From positions 83,898 through 147,897 of the forward strand of contig JBHIAH010000001.1 of the NCBI GenBank assembly GCA_046758505.1: DNA of 64,000 bases, given 5' to 3'. A program made the translations under genes and the position numbers. The notes under the pieces are model-generated. The model saw only the letters and a program-made list of their open reading frames with translations. It did not search any database and was not told where the DNA came from. Below are positions 50,587 to 59,125 of this stretch, in pieces; within the stretch, counting starts at the first letter, position 1; each line of letters starts with the position of its first letter. The stretch is from Candidatus Methylomirabilales bacterium (GTDB lineage Bacteria > Methylomirabilota > Methylomirabilia > Methylomirabilales > CSP1-5).

Positions 50587-50662
50587 GACCCGTTAGCTCA
50601 GCTGGCAGAGCACCTGCCTTTTAAGCAGGGGGCCGCAGGTTCGAATCCTGCACGGGTCACCA
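50587..50662 (+). tRNA. tRNA-Lys (anticodon UUU)
   Basis: Hand-folded cloverleaf: acceptor GACCCGT/ACGGGTC, D arm GCTC-AGCTGGCA-GAGC, anticodon loop CTTTTAA, T arm GCAGG-TTCGAAT-CCTGC, encoded CCA. Confidence 0.9.
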
Positions 50663-50999
50663 GCGCCTTGAGCACCGGAACGCTTTTCTCGACACGCCTC
50701 CAGGGCCCTTGCCCGGCCAAAGTGTCAGAGGGCCGGGCTCCCCCCCCATCCCCCTGTCAATCGGACCCTGCCTGCCCCCCTCAGCACGGCCGGAGCCTGC
50801 GTACGTCGACCTCGCTCTCTCGCATCTGTCGCACGCGCGAGGCCTTATCCCCAAGCCCCCCTGGACATTGAACGGCCTGCCCCCCCCGGGGACCCAACGA
50901 ACCGCCTCATGGTCCGCATCTTGCACTCTATACCCGGATTCGGCATGTCACCAAAAAACACCGGGGGGTGCAGAGCAGCCCCAAGCAGGAGGGAAAGGG

Positions 51000-51206
51000 A
51001 TGACTCCGAAGCAATGGTCAATCGAGGCCTTTGAAATGTGTGACCACGGCGGGATGATCTGTATGACCTGTGCCGAGAGAGCCATCAGTGCCGCAGTCGA
51101 GGAAGAGCGAGCGGGGGGGCGATGCGAGGTGCATGCCCACAATGGCGACGAAGGGCTTCTTCGCGAGCGGGTGTCCAGCGGTCTCGCCTCCTCCGAAGAG
51201 GCGTAA
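51000..51206 (+). CDS. Small Cys-rich hypothetical protein (68 aa)
   Basis: GGAGGG RBS before ATG 51000. No recognisable domain. Confidence 0.3.
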   Translation: MTPKQWSIEAFEMCDHGGMICMTCAERAISAAVEEERAGGRCEVHAHNGDEGLLRERVSSGLASSEEA

Positions 51207-51365
51207 AGGCTGCTCCCCCTTTTTTCGGGCGTTCCCGTCCGCGTCGCGCGTGTCAATCTGACTCTGCGCAGCACGCCTCCACATCTCCTGACCTGCCCAC
51301 GGACCTCCGTCCACGCCCTTGGCTGCTCCCAGTGTCCCTCCCTTCGGCCATCCGCACTCAGGAAA

Positions 51366-51533
51366 CTGTTAGCTGTCAGCAGTCGGCTGTCGGCTGCCAG
51401 CCCTTGGGAAAGCGACGACCGTAGGCCGACGACCGACAAGCAAGAAAGTGACTGGTGGCTGGTGGTTTTCACCAATCACTGATCACCAATCACCAACCAC
51501 TATCCGTGAACCACGAACCGTGAACCGTGAACT
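51366..51533. repeat. Composite locus with four unit families in tandem
   Basis: CTGTTAG CTGTCAG CAGTCGG CTGTCGG CTGCCAG; GACGACC GTAGGCC GACGACC GACAAGC; GTGACTG GTGGCTG GTGGTTT; then nine units ACCAATC ACTGATC ACCAATC ACCAACC ACTATCC GTGAACC ACGAACC GTGAACC GTGAACT. Confidence 0.9.
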
Positions 51534-51667
51534 CCTGCAAAGAGGGCGCCTTGCCGCCACGGACCAAATCCGATACAATCCCAGGCACGAGCCCCGCGGA
51601 GGATTCCGGGAAAACAGGAGGGAACAATCCCGATGGTGCACAATCAGCGGGAAGGGAGGTGAGCCCA

Positions 51668-51919
51668 GTGCTAGAAGGTCAGGATCCCCTGCATGTGACC
51701 CTCCTGGCCGCCACCCTGAGTCAGCTGATGCTCGGCGTTGCCAAGGAACTCTTTCCCCACCGCCCATACTTTGACCTCACCGCTGTAGAAAGGCAGTCCG
51801 TAGCCGATCATACCCGGAATCTCCTCCACGAGGCCCGGGGCAATTTTTTGGGACCGGATCTTTTTCCCTCACGCAGCAATGCTGCCTTTCCTCCCCAACG
51901 GGAGGAGGACTACCTGTAG
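51668..51919 (+). CDS. Hypothetical protein (83 aa)
   Basis: GGGAGG lies 8 nt before GTG 51668. An alternative 46-aa antisense ORF in the same codon register, also with a GGAGGAG RBS, cannot be excluded. Confidence 0.25.
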   Translation: MLEGQDPLHVTLLAATLSQLMLGVAKELFPHRPYFDLTAVERQSVADHTRNLLHEARGNFLGPDLFPSRSNAAFPPQREEDYL

Positions 51920-52094
51920 GTGTCCGGCGACACCAGAGGCTCTCGCAGTGTGGTGGATGGACCTGTACCCAACCAGAAATGTCTTCTCACGACGCCGGGA
52001 CCCTGTTAGACTGGTGATCGATTCCATGGGGAGGGGCCAAGCGGTGTATCCCGCGCAGGCCCATCCGGCAGGAACGGTCCACGGGAGTTGACGG

Positions 52095-52436
52095 ATGAGG
52101 CGAAAGATATTTGTCCTCGCGGCGGTCGTCGTTACCGTGGCGAGTTGTGCTCCCCACTTCGACGAGACGATGAGGGAGTATTACGGCGATACGGCCATCA
52201 CCACCCAGGTCAAGACGGCTATCGCGGGGGAAGGGCTCTTGAGCTACCTGAGTATCAGCGTCGAAACCTTCAAGGGCGTAGTCCTCCTCTCCGGGTTTGT
52301 CGATTCCGAACACCAGCGAAAGCGGGCCATCCAAGTCGCCAAGGATGTCCCGGGGGTTCGCGAGGTCAAGGCTCTCCTCGTCGTGAAGTATCTCGAGGTC
52401 AAGCCGAAGTCCCAAATACCCACGCCCAAGCCGTGA
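52095..52436 (+). CDS. BON-domain lipoprotein (OsmY-like)
   Basis: Lipobox-like VTVASC, and FKGVVLLSGFVDSEHQRKRAIQVAKDVPGVREV. Confidence 0.75.
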   Translation: MRRKIFVLAAVVVTVASCAPHFDETMREYYGDTAITTQVKTAIAGEGLLSYLSISVETFKGVVLLSGFVDSEHQRKRAIQVAKDVPGVREVKALLVVKYLEVKPKSQIPTPKP

Positions 52437-52734
52437 CAATCACCGGACTCCCCTCAAGGAGCGGCTGCAGATGATCCGGCCCGCGCAGCAGGCATAAGCG
52501 AGAGCCCCTTCCCCAGTGACCTCGCTTCCCCACCCCCTGGCGAGTTCGCCTCGATCTCCCGCCGTCCTATCGCCCCCATCGACGATCCGTGCATCACGTC
52601 CAAGAATGGTTCTCGTACCGCATCACGCATACCAAAGAGATTCCGCTGGCATCTCGCCCCGACACAGGATAAGCTACGCGGGTTGCACGGCCTTTGCCCC
52701 GGTACCCGGCCGCGAAGTCTCGGCATAGGAGACC

Positions 52735-53001
52735 GTGAGGATGGATCCCGAATTCCAGGACCTGGATGATCTCAAGATGGTTCACGCCTTTCGCGACGAG
52801 GCCGACGAGATGGAGTTTTATCAGGAACACCGCGAATGGCTTCTCGACCTGATGGAAGGGGATATGCTCCACGTCCAACGGATCCGGCAGTTCCAGGGAA
52901 TGATCCTACTTTGGCTGGGTTTCAAAGAGGGGCGGCTTGGCCGGAGCTGGGATTCAGGCGAGCGGCGATGGCTATACCATCCCGGGCAGCCCGCAGCCTG
53001 A
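52735..53001 (+). CDS. Hypothetical protein
   Basis: ORF with an acidic N-terminus and no motif. Start is GTG 52735 or ATG 52741. Confidence 0.35.
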   Translation: MRMDPEFQDLDDLKMVHAFRDEADEMEFYQEHREWLLDLMEGDMLHVQRIRQFQGMILLWLGFKEGRLGRSWDSGERRWLYHPGQPAA

Positions 53002-53046
53002 CTCAGCTTGCGCTCCTCGGACACCGCGACTGCAAAAGGGACTGAG

Positions 53047-53253
53047 ATGGCGGGGCCAAAACAGCCATGCCCCAAGTGTGGCGGGTCTTCCTGGGTCGAA
53101 TACGGGAAGGAGGATGAGGGGCTCTTTATCTTTGCCCTGGTTGCGGGGAAGCGGCTCGCGGATGGAACGTTCGAAACAGACCTGAGCAGGGTGTTGACGG
53201 TGAACCCGTACAGTTGCACGCAGTGCGGATATTTGGAACTGTACAAGGGATGA
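53047..53253 (+). CDS. Small zinc-ribbon protein (68 aa)
   Basis: CPKCGG ... CTQCG pairs. AAGGGA precedes ATG 53047. Confidence 0.45.
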   Translation: MAGPKQPCPKCGGSSWVEYGKEDEGLFIFALVAGKRLADGTFETDLSRVLTVNPYSCTQCGYLELYKG

Positions 53254-53291
53254 ACGCGGGACGGGGCACGGTCCGTCGATCGCCCGATGCC

Positions 53292-53627
53292 TTACCGGAT
53301 GACCAGGACCCGGAGGGCGGCAGGCGGGCCGGGCCGGGATTTCTCTTTCTGATACTGTACGGTCACCCACTGGCCAGGCTCGAGGGAGGCCGGCACCGGG
53401 GCCTGCGAGCTAATCTCGGTCTCGGGGGTAATCTGAAAGACATGGTCGAGTAAGCGCTCTTGCGATCGGACAACCATAACTCCCCGATCCCGATCAAGCT
53501 GAACGATCTGGCCTTGCCACTCCCGAACGTCGAGGGTACCTTCCCCCTCGGGGGCCACCCCGGGCACCGAGCACGCCCCGGCTCCAAGAACGAGGCTTAC
53601 CAGCAGAAGTGTCTCTGCGAGTCTCAC
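53292..53627 (-). CDS. Small lipoprotein, hypothetical
   Basis: GTG 53627 followed by LLLVSLVLGAGACS (lipobox-like). The ORF-track upstream extension looks non-coding. Confidence 0.45.
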   Translation of the reverse strand: MRLAETLLLVSLVLGAGACSVPGVAPEGEGTLDVREWQGQIVQLDRDRGVMVVRSQERLLDHVFQITPETEISSQAPVPASLEPGQWVTVQYQKEKSRPGPPAALRVLVIR

Positions 53628-53742
53628 GCGCGCATCATAGCAGGGGCCGAGACATCGGCCAAGCCCCGCGTCACCGACCCCGGGCACAGATCGGCGACGC
53701 CCCACACCCCCCCGCCTGCGGAGCGCGGATGTATCGAGGCCC

Positions 53743-53770
53743 TTGACACCGAACCGAGATCGAGTAGAAT
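53743..53770 (+). promoter_or_regulatory. Promoter of the 31-aa TM peptide mini-gene
   Basis: TTGACA, 16-nt spacer, TAGAAT. Confidence 0.45.
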
Positions 53771-53811
53771 AAGGATGGTGAAAAACTCCAGGCCACAGCA
53801 GGAGGAACGCA

Positions 53812-53907
53812 ATGCAGCTGGTTCTCTTTGAGGTCCTTTGGTTTGGAGTCATCTTGTTTATTGTGTGGTTTGCTCGCAGGAAGGCCCGTCAGGAGGTTGA
53901 GGAGTAG
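53812..53907 (+). CDS. 31-aa single-TM peptide (MQLVLFEVLWFGVILFIVWFARRKARQEVEE)
   Basis: AGGAGG lies 6 nt before ATG. A TTGACA-16-TAGAAT promoter sits about 65 nt upstream. Hydrophobic helix plus a charged tail. It is below the ORF-track length cut-off. Confidence 0.4.
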   Translation: MQLVLFEVLWFGVILFIVWFARRKARQEVEE

Positions 53908-53969
53908 CTTCCCGAAACCTCAGGGCGCCAAAGCGTGCGCCACGAACGGGGCACGCCCGGGGAGGACCG

Positions 53970-54218
53970 ATGATTACCGAATATCTCTTTCTCACCCCGG
54001 AGGGCGAGATCATTTGTAATCTCCAAGAGATCCGCCGCTATGTCGAAGAGCATTACGACGACCGCCGCCTCTGTCCGCACTGCGGCTGCTACCTGATCCC
54101 CACCGGGGAGACCCACCGATTCCTCTTCCGCCTGTACCGCTGCGCCAACAGCATCTGCTCGGCTTCCCTCAAGACCTTCCGGCTCCGGCACTTCTGGCAC
54201 CGACAGCAGGTGGCATAG
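53970..54218 (+). CDS. Small zinc-ribbon-like protein (82 aa)
   Basis: GGGGAGGA RBS; CPHCGC ... RCANSIC. Confidence 0.45.
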   Translation: MITEYLFLTPEGEIICNLQEIRRYVEEHYDDRRLCPHCGCYLIPTGETHRFLFRLYRCANSICSASLKTFRLRHFWHRQQVA

Positions 54219-54506
54219 CCTCCCCCCCACGTTTCCGGTGACCATCCCGGTTCGGTCTTCGCTCACGGGACAGGCCGTATTCCTCGGTCCTTCGATTTAT
54301 CAGTGCGATGACGACCGTATTCAGACTTCGACTTCGTGCCGGGTGAGCGCAGGTGCGTATCAGACCTGGAGGAATACGTCACAGGATGTGTGAATCGAAC
54401 CACGAGGGCCGTTCCAACTATTTTCTCCAACCACCTGCCGCTCACTGGACCGAGGAAGCAGGCCGAACCGCGAGGTTCGGACTAGGCCAAACAAGTTGGG
54501 ACGGCA

Positions 54507-54629
54507 CTAGTCGTCTTCGGGAAAAAGCGGCCGGCTACAGGCGGGACACAGGGCAACGGATGGGCCGGGTTTCGCCTCATCGATCTGTCCGGTCCATCCA
54601 CACGCAGCGCACTTCACAGGAAAATCCAT
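54507..54629 (-). CDS. Possible 40-aa zinc-ribbon peptide
   Basis: Hand translation MDFPVKCAACGWTGQIDEAKPGPSVALCPACSRPLFPEDD, with two CxxC pairs. The RBS is weak. Confidence 0.25.
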   Translation of the reverse strand: MDFPVKCAACGWTGQIDEAKPGPSVALCPACSRPLFPEDD

Positions 54630-54650
54630 ACGGTCTCATGGGGAAGGCGC

Positions 54651-55013
54651 TCAGCGCCCCCTCAGGTCCTTGGGGGTGGTCACGTAGGGGCCCCCGCAGA
54701 CCCGCCCGATGGCCCTGGCTGGCCCCTGACGGGCCTCCCGGTCAAACACGGTGAGTAGATAGGCGAGTCCCGCCACTACGAACGTCGCCTCGCAGGTACC
54801 CGCACGCGGCGGAACTTGGGCAGCGCTCACGGCCGCGCTCGTGGCGATCAGGGCCGCACCCTCGGCCACCGACCTCCCTGATTCCTTTCCGCTTCCCCGC
54901 GTCTCCCGCGCCGACTCCTGCGGCTCGCCCCGGGCGGACACAGGCGTAGGCATCCCCGCGATAAGCCCGACCATGACAGAGATCAACACTAGCCGCTTCC
55001 CCACGGAACGCAC
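54651..55013 (-). CDS. Secreted hypothetical protein
   Basis: Signal-like N-terminus MRSVGKRLVLISVMVGLIAG. No motif. Confidence 0.4.
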   Translation of the reverse strand: MRSVGKRLVLISVMVGLIAGMPTPVSARGEPQESARETRGSGKESGRSVAEGAALIATSAAVSAAQVPPRAGTCEATFVVAGLAYLLTVFDREARQGPARAIGRVCGGPYVTTPKDLRGR

Positions 55014-55289
55014 TCCCCACCCACGGCCATCATTTGCTTGTCGACATTGTGCGACGTGGCCTCGAACAGGAGCGGATCGCTAACCGACGCCTCGGCCCCA
55101 GGCCGCGCACGATGCGCCCACGCCCTCGAAGAACCGCCTGCCGACGGTTTCGGTCATCTTCTCGTGAATCATTCTGCCTTGTCAACGCTCTTTTTCCCTT
55201 GAGCGGAGGGACAAGGGCCGTGCCGACGCATGCGTCTTGCGATTTCACGTCGGATATGATATGTCTAGCAACGCTTCACGCTCGAGGCG

Positions 55290-55367
55290 GACCCCATCGT
55301 CTAGCCTGGCCTAGGACACCGCTCTTTCAAGGCGGCAACGCGGGTTCGAATCCCGCTGGGGTCACCA
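55290..55367 (+). tRNA. tRNA-Glu (anticodon UUC)
   Basis: Acceptor GACCCCA/TGGGGTC, anticodon loop CTTTCAA, T arm GCGGG-TTCGAAT-CCCGC, encoded CCA. Closely resembles the canonical bacterial tRNA-Glu layout. Confidence 0.9.
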
Positions 55368-55483
55368 CTGTTTGCGGGGGTACATCCCCTCATTCCTGAC
55401 GGCCAAAATTCCCCGTGCCCACCCCGGGATGAAGGGTAAGGGTAGCATTCCAACCCTGCGCGCTGCTTTCGACCTACACGCTT

Positions 55484-56212
55484 ATGACGCCTCACGACAA
55501 ACTCGGGTTCATCTTTCTGTTCCTTGCCCTGACACCTGTGGTATCCGTTCCCAACCCGCATCCGTCCCCCCCCATCCAGCTCCACGATCCCGACGAGGAC
55601 TCCACGTGGAAGCGCCTCAAAGAAGAGGACGGGGTCACGATCTTCCTGCGGGAAAGACCAGGAAGCTCCATGAAAGAGGGTATCGGGAAGGGCGTTATTG
55701 ATGCTCCGCCGTGTCGGGTGTTTCAAGTCCTCACGGATTCCGATCATCTTGTCGAGTTCATGCCGTATCTCAAAGCCCGCGTTGTGAAGGGTGCCAGCCC
55801 TGACCGGGAATATATCTGCGAATACCTGGACTTCCCGTGGCCCATCTCGGACCGTATTCTCAATCTCCGGGTCGACCGGATCCGGAAGTACCGAAACCGC
55901 CCGTGCGGATACATCGTCTACTGGCAGAAAGACGAGACCTACACGTGCACGATAGAGGACATCCACACAGTCTACGACGGGGGGGTGCCCGACCCCGTCG
56001 TCCCTCCCGCCAACCAGGGGTACTGGCATCTCCTCCCCGCGGAGGGGGGTCAGAAGACCCTGGCGTACTATTACGCCTTCAGCGATCCGGGAGGAAGCAT
56101 TCCCAGCTGGCTGAAGAACTTTCTTGTTGATGATGCCATCCTACGTTTATTCCAGGCCGTCCGAGAACGCGCCACGAGCGCGAACCTGTACCCGCCGTGT
56201 CAGTGCCCCTGA
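55484..56212 (+). CDS. Secreted START/SRPBCC lipid-binding domain protein
   Basis: Signal peptide, then WKRLKEEDGVTIFLRE...VLTDSDHLVEFMPY...LDFPWPISDR...SIPSWL, a typical START fold pattern. Confidence 0.7.
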   Translation: MTPHDKLGFIFLFLALTPVVSVPNPHPSPPIQLHDPDEDSTWKRLKEEDGVTIFLRERPGSSMKEGIGKGVIDAPPCRVFQVLTDSDHLVEFMPYLKARVVKGASPDREYICEYLDFPWPISDRILNLRVDRIRKYRNRPCGYIVYWQKDETYTCTIEDIHTVYDGGVPDPVVPPANQGYWHLLPAEGGQKTLAYYYAFSDPGGSIPSWLKNFLVDDAILRLFQAVRERATSANLYPPCQCP

Positions 56213-56539
56213 ACATGGGCATCCATGCCGTGGATGCCGTCTCCCATCTCCCTGCCTTACTCCCAGTCCCGCCCCAGGGTATCCAGGCGGAGCCCCGTCG
56301 GTGGCCGTCACCGACTCCCGAGTAAACCTCTCCCGTTTCGGCCCGTGGCCCCCCCTCCCACACCCGATCTCCGCCGTTGCTTCACCGCGATGGCGGACGC
56401 CCCGAGCCGGAGTCTTGCATTCCGGTACACCGTATGGTAGCCTTTGGCCTCTGCGCGCGCTGGGGTTCAATGTCCACCCTCCCATTTTCTGTTACGCTGT
56501 TCACGGCGAGTCATCCACCTTCGAGGAGGAGGTCAGGTC

Positions 56540-57790
56540 ATGGCCGAAAAGGAGTTATACGAGGTCGGCACAATCCCCCCTTTAGGATCTGTTCCCAAGA
56601 AAATGCACGCCTACGTGATTCGCCCCGAGCATCATGGCCCCCCCCTCCAATCGATGACACCCGAAGTCGTGGACGTCCCCGACATCGCTCCCAACGAAGT
56701 CCTGGTTCAGGTGATGACCGCGGGAGTCAACTACAACGGCGTGTGGGCGGCGTTGGGACAGCCGGCGTCGCCGACCCGCTTTCATAAGCATCCGTTTCAC
56801 ATCGCAGGGAGCGATGCTGCGGGGGTCATCTGGAAGATGGGGAGCGCCGTCGGAAGTGCCACGTACCCCTGGAAGGTGGGGGACGAGGTCCTGATCCACT
56901 GTGGACAGACCTGCGGTCAATGCCCCCAGTGCAACGGGGGAGATCCCATGCTCTGTCGCGAACAAAAGATCTGGGGGTATGAATCACCCTACGGCGCCTT
57001 CGCCCAATTTACCAAGGTCCAGGTCCAGCAGCTGTTACCCAAACCTGCATCCCTCACGTGGGAGGAGAGTGGCTGCTACATGCTGGTCCTGGCCACCGCC
57101 TGGCGGATGCTGTACGGGCATCCCCCCCACACCCTGCGGCCCGGCATGAACGTGCTCGTCTGGGGGGGGTCCGGCGGATTGGGGACCATGGCCATCCAGA
57201 TCATCCGCGCAGCAGGAGCCAACGCCATTGCGGTCGTCTCGAACGACGAGCGGGGTAAATGGTGCCTCGAGCTCGGTGCCAAGGCGTACATCAATCGAAA
57301 AAACTTCAGGTGTTGGGGACAACTGCCTCCCGTATCCGACCAAGAGACGTACGGTGCATATGTCAAGGAGGTGCGGAAATTCGGGCAGGCCATTTGGGAT
57401 ACCACCGGTAAAGGGGTCGATCCGGATATCGTCTTCGAGCATCCGGGCGAACAGACGTTTCCGGTGAGCTGCTATGTGGCAAATCGCGGTGGCATGGTGG
57501 TGTTCTGCGCCGGGACCACCGGATTCAATTTGACGCTCGATGCTTCGTATGTCTGGATGCGCCAGAAGCGAATTCAGGGCTCACACTTCGCCACCCAGTA
57601 TCAAGCCGACGCCGCCAACCGGGCGGTCATGGATGGGACCATCAAGCCTGCCATGTCGGAGGTCTTTGAATGGGAACGCATTCCGGAAGCCCATGACCGC
57701 ATGATGAACAACACCCACCCCCCGGGGAACATGGCATTGATGGTTCAGGCTCCGCGGCGGGGTTTAAAGCGCCTGGCGGAAATGATCTAG
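56540..57790 (+). CDS. ccr: Crotonyl-CoA carboxylase/reductase
   Basis: N-terminal LYEVGTIPPLGSVPKKMHAYVIRPE and VMTAGVNYNGVWA are characteristic of Ccr. GGAGGAGG RBS before ATG 56540. Confidence 0.85.
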   Translation: MAEKELYEVGTIPPLGSVPKKMHAYVIRPEHHGPPLQSMTPEVVDVPDIAPNEVLVQVMTAGVNYNGVWAALGQPASPTRFHKHPFHIAGSDAAGVIWKMGSAVGSATYPWKVGDEVLIHCGQTCGQCPQCNGGDPMLCREQKIWGYESPYGAFAQFTKVQVQQLLPKPASLTWEESGCYMLVLATAWRMLYGHPPHTLRPGMNVLVWGGSGGLGTMAIQIIRAAGANAIAVVSNDERGKWCLELGAKAYINRKNFRCWGQLPPVSDQETYGAYVKEVRKFGQAIWDTTGKGVDPDIVFEHPGEQTFPVSCYVANRGGMVVFCAGTTGFNLTLDASYVWMRQKRIQGSHFATQYQADAANRAVMDGTIKPAMSEVFEWERIPEAHDRMMNNTHPPGNMALMVQAPRRGLKRLAEMI

Positions 57791-57803
57791 CCGCGCGATC
57801 CAT

Positions 57804-57909
57804 GAGCAGTCGGCGGTTGGTGCTCAGCCGCTGCAAATCAGCCATTAGCGGTCAGCCCGAAGAATTGGAAACTGATAGCTGACTGCTGACGGCCGACTGC
57901 TGGCAGCTG
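57804..57909. repeat. Inverted CAGCnnT-type / CTGAnnG-type arrays between convergent ccr and M28 peptidase genes
   Basis: Left arm has eight units with 14-nt alternation (57804-57859). Right arm CTGATAG CTGACTG CTGACGG CCGACTG CTGGCAG (57872-57909). Confidence 0.8.
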
Positions 57910-57911
57910 TT

Positions 57912-58994
57912 CTATTGGGCGAGTTGCGCCACGGTGGCGATGAGGGTCCGGGCCACCCGGGCCATGAAGGGATAATCGAGCGTCTCCGGGGTGTCGGTCG
58001 GCCGGTGATAGTGCGGATTTCGAAGAAAGGCGGTATCGGTCAGCATCATGGCCGGATACCCGTGATCCCAGAAAGGGGCATGGTCGCTCCAGCGGCTTAC
58101 GGGGATCAGGAGCCCCCGCAGGAACACCCAATAGGTGACCAGCGTGAGGTCCGGCACGTACCGGGTAGCCGCATCCTCGAGGCGCGCCAGGAGGGGGCGC
58201 GACCGGCGGTTTCCGATGACGCCGAGGAAGTCGCCGACCGTCGGTATCGTTTTCAGGATCCCCCAGGGCACCGTCTGGCTGCCGGGTCGATGATCCGTGT
58301 AACCGACCATTTCCAGGATGAATACTCCGTCATACCTTCGTCCTCGTGACCACGCTTGCTGCGCAAAGTGGCGACTGCCGTGCCGATAGGAATCGAGCCC
58401 CGTCTGGGGCTCTTCCAGGCTAAAACCCACAAATTGGAGGCTGGCAGCTGGCTTGAGTTGGCTCAGCGCCTTCGCGGCGGCCAGGAGGACGGCGACCCCG
58501 CTCGCATTGTCATCAGCTCCCGGCGACCCGTCAATCGCATCGTAGTGCGCCCCCAGAAGGAGACCGGGCCTGTCCGGCACGGATCCGGGAAGGGTGGCGA
58601 CCACGTTGAAGTAGGGACGGCCCATGTAGGGGAAGGGCTCGCAGTGCACCCGAAATCCGAAGGTGGCAAACTCCTCCGCGAGACGTTTCCCCGTTCGAGC
58701 CAACTGCTCCGGGTGTGCCTGTCCGTGGCGGGGGCCGACCAGAATCTCCACCCACCGGGAGAGATCTTCCTCTCGCACACCCCGGAGCAGCTCGGCCGTC
58801 ACGCACCCGTCCATAATGCCAGACCGTATAAGAGACACGGGCAAAAGTCCAGGGAGAAGGGAGGGGGAACGGCGGCGACTTGCCCGGATTTCGAGGAGGA
58901 GGTCCGCCGCGGGCCACGCTTCTCCCCACCGCGGCGATTCTGCGACCGGGTCGCTGCCGGTTTTTGGCCCTCCAGGCGACTGGGCGAGGGCCAC
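57912..58994 (-). CDS. M28-family aminopeptidase
   Basis: HYDAIDGSPGADDNASGVAVLL and FSLEE. The start is uncertain. Confidence 0.75.
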   Translation of the reverse strand: MALAQSPGGPKTGSDPVAESPRWGEAWPAADLLLEIRASRRRSPSLLPGLLPVSLIRSGIMDGCVTAELLRGVREEDLSRWVEILVGPRHGQAHPEQLARTGKRLAEEFATFGFRVHCEPFPYMGRPYFNVVATLPGSVPDRPGLLLGAHYDAIDGSPGADDNASGVAVLLAAAKALSQLKPAASLQFVGFSLEEPQTGLDSYRHGSRHFAQQAWSRGRRYDGVFILEMVGYTDHRPGSQTVPWGILKTIPTVGDFLGVIGNRRSRPLLARLEDAATRYVPDLTLVTYWVFLRGLLIPVSRWSDHAPFWDHGYPAMMLTDTAFLRNPHYHRPTDTPETLDYPFMARVARTLIATVAQLAQ

Positions 58995-59125
58995 TCGCGG
59001 GGTTCCAACGCCCTCGTCTGTTCCTGCTTGCTTTGGAAAAGGGGGATGCCATAGAATAAGACCCCATTTCCGGGGTGCCTGACCCTGGAGGGGTGCTTTG
59101 CCAGTGAGGAGGGATACCGGGCAGG

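Noticed and set aside
51987-52439. 150-aa minus-strand ORF overlapping the BON lipoprotein gene.
   Set aside because: The plus-strand ORF has a lipobox and a clear BON motif. The minus-strand translation has no features.
50663-55289. Calling the tRNA-bounded interval an integrated mobile element or prophage remnant.
   Set aside because: No integrase, transposase or phage gene, and no direct repeat of either tRNA 3' end that I could find. It is reported only as a possibly accessory interval.
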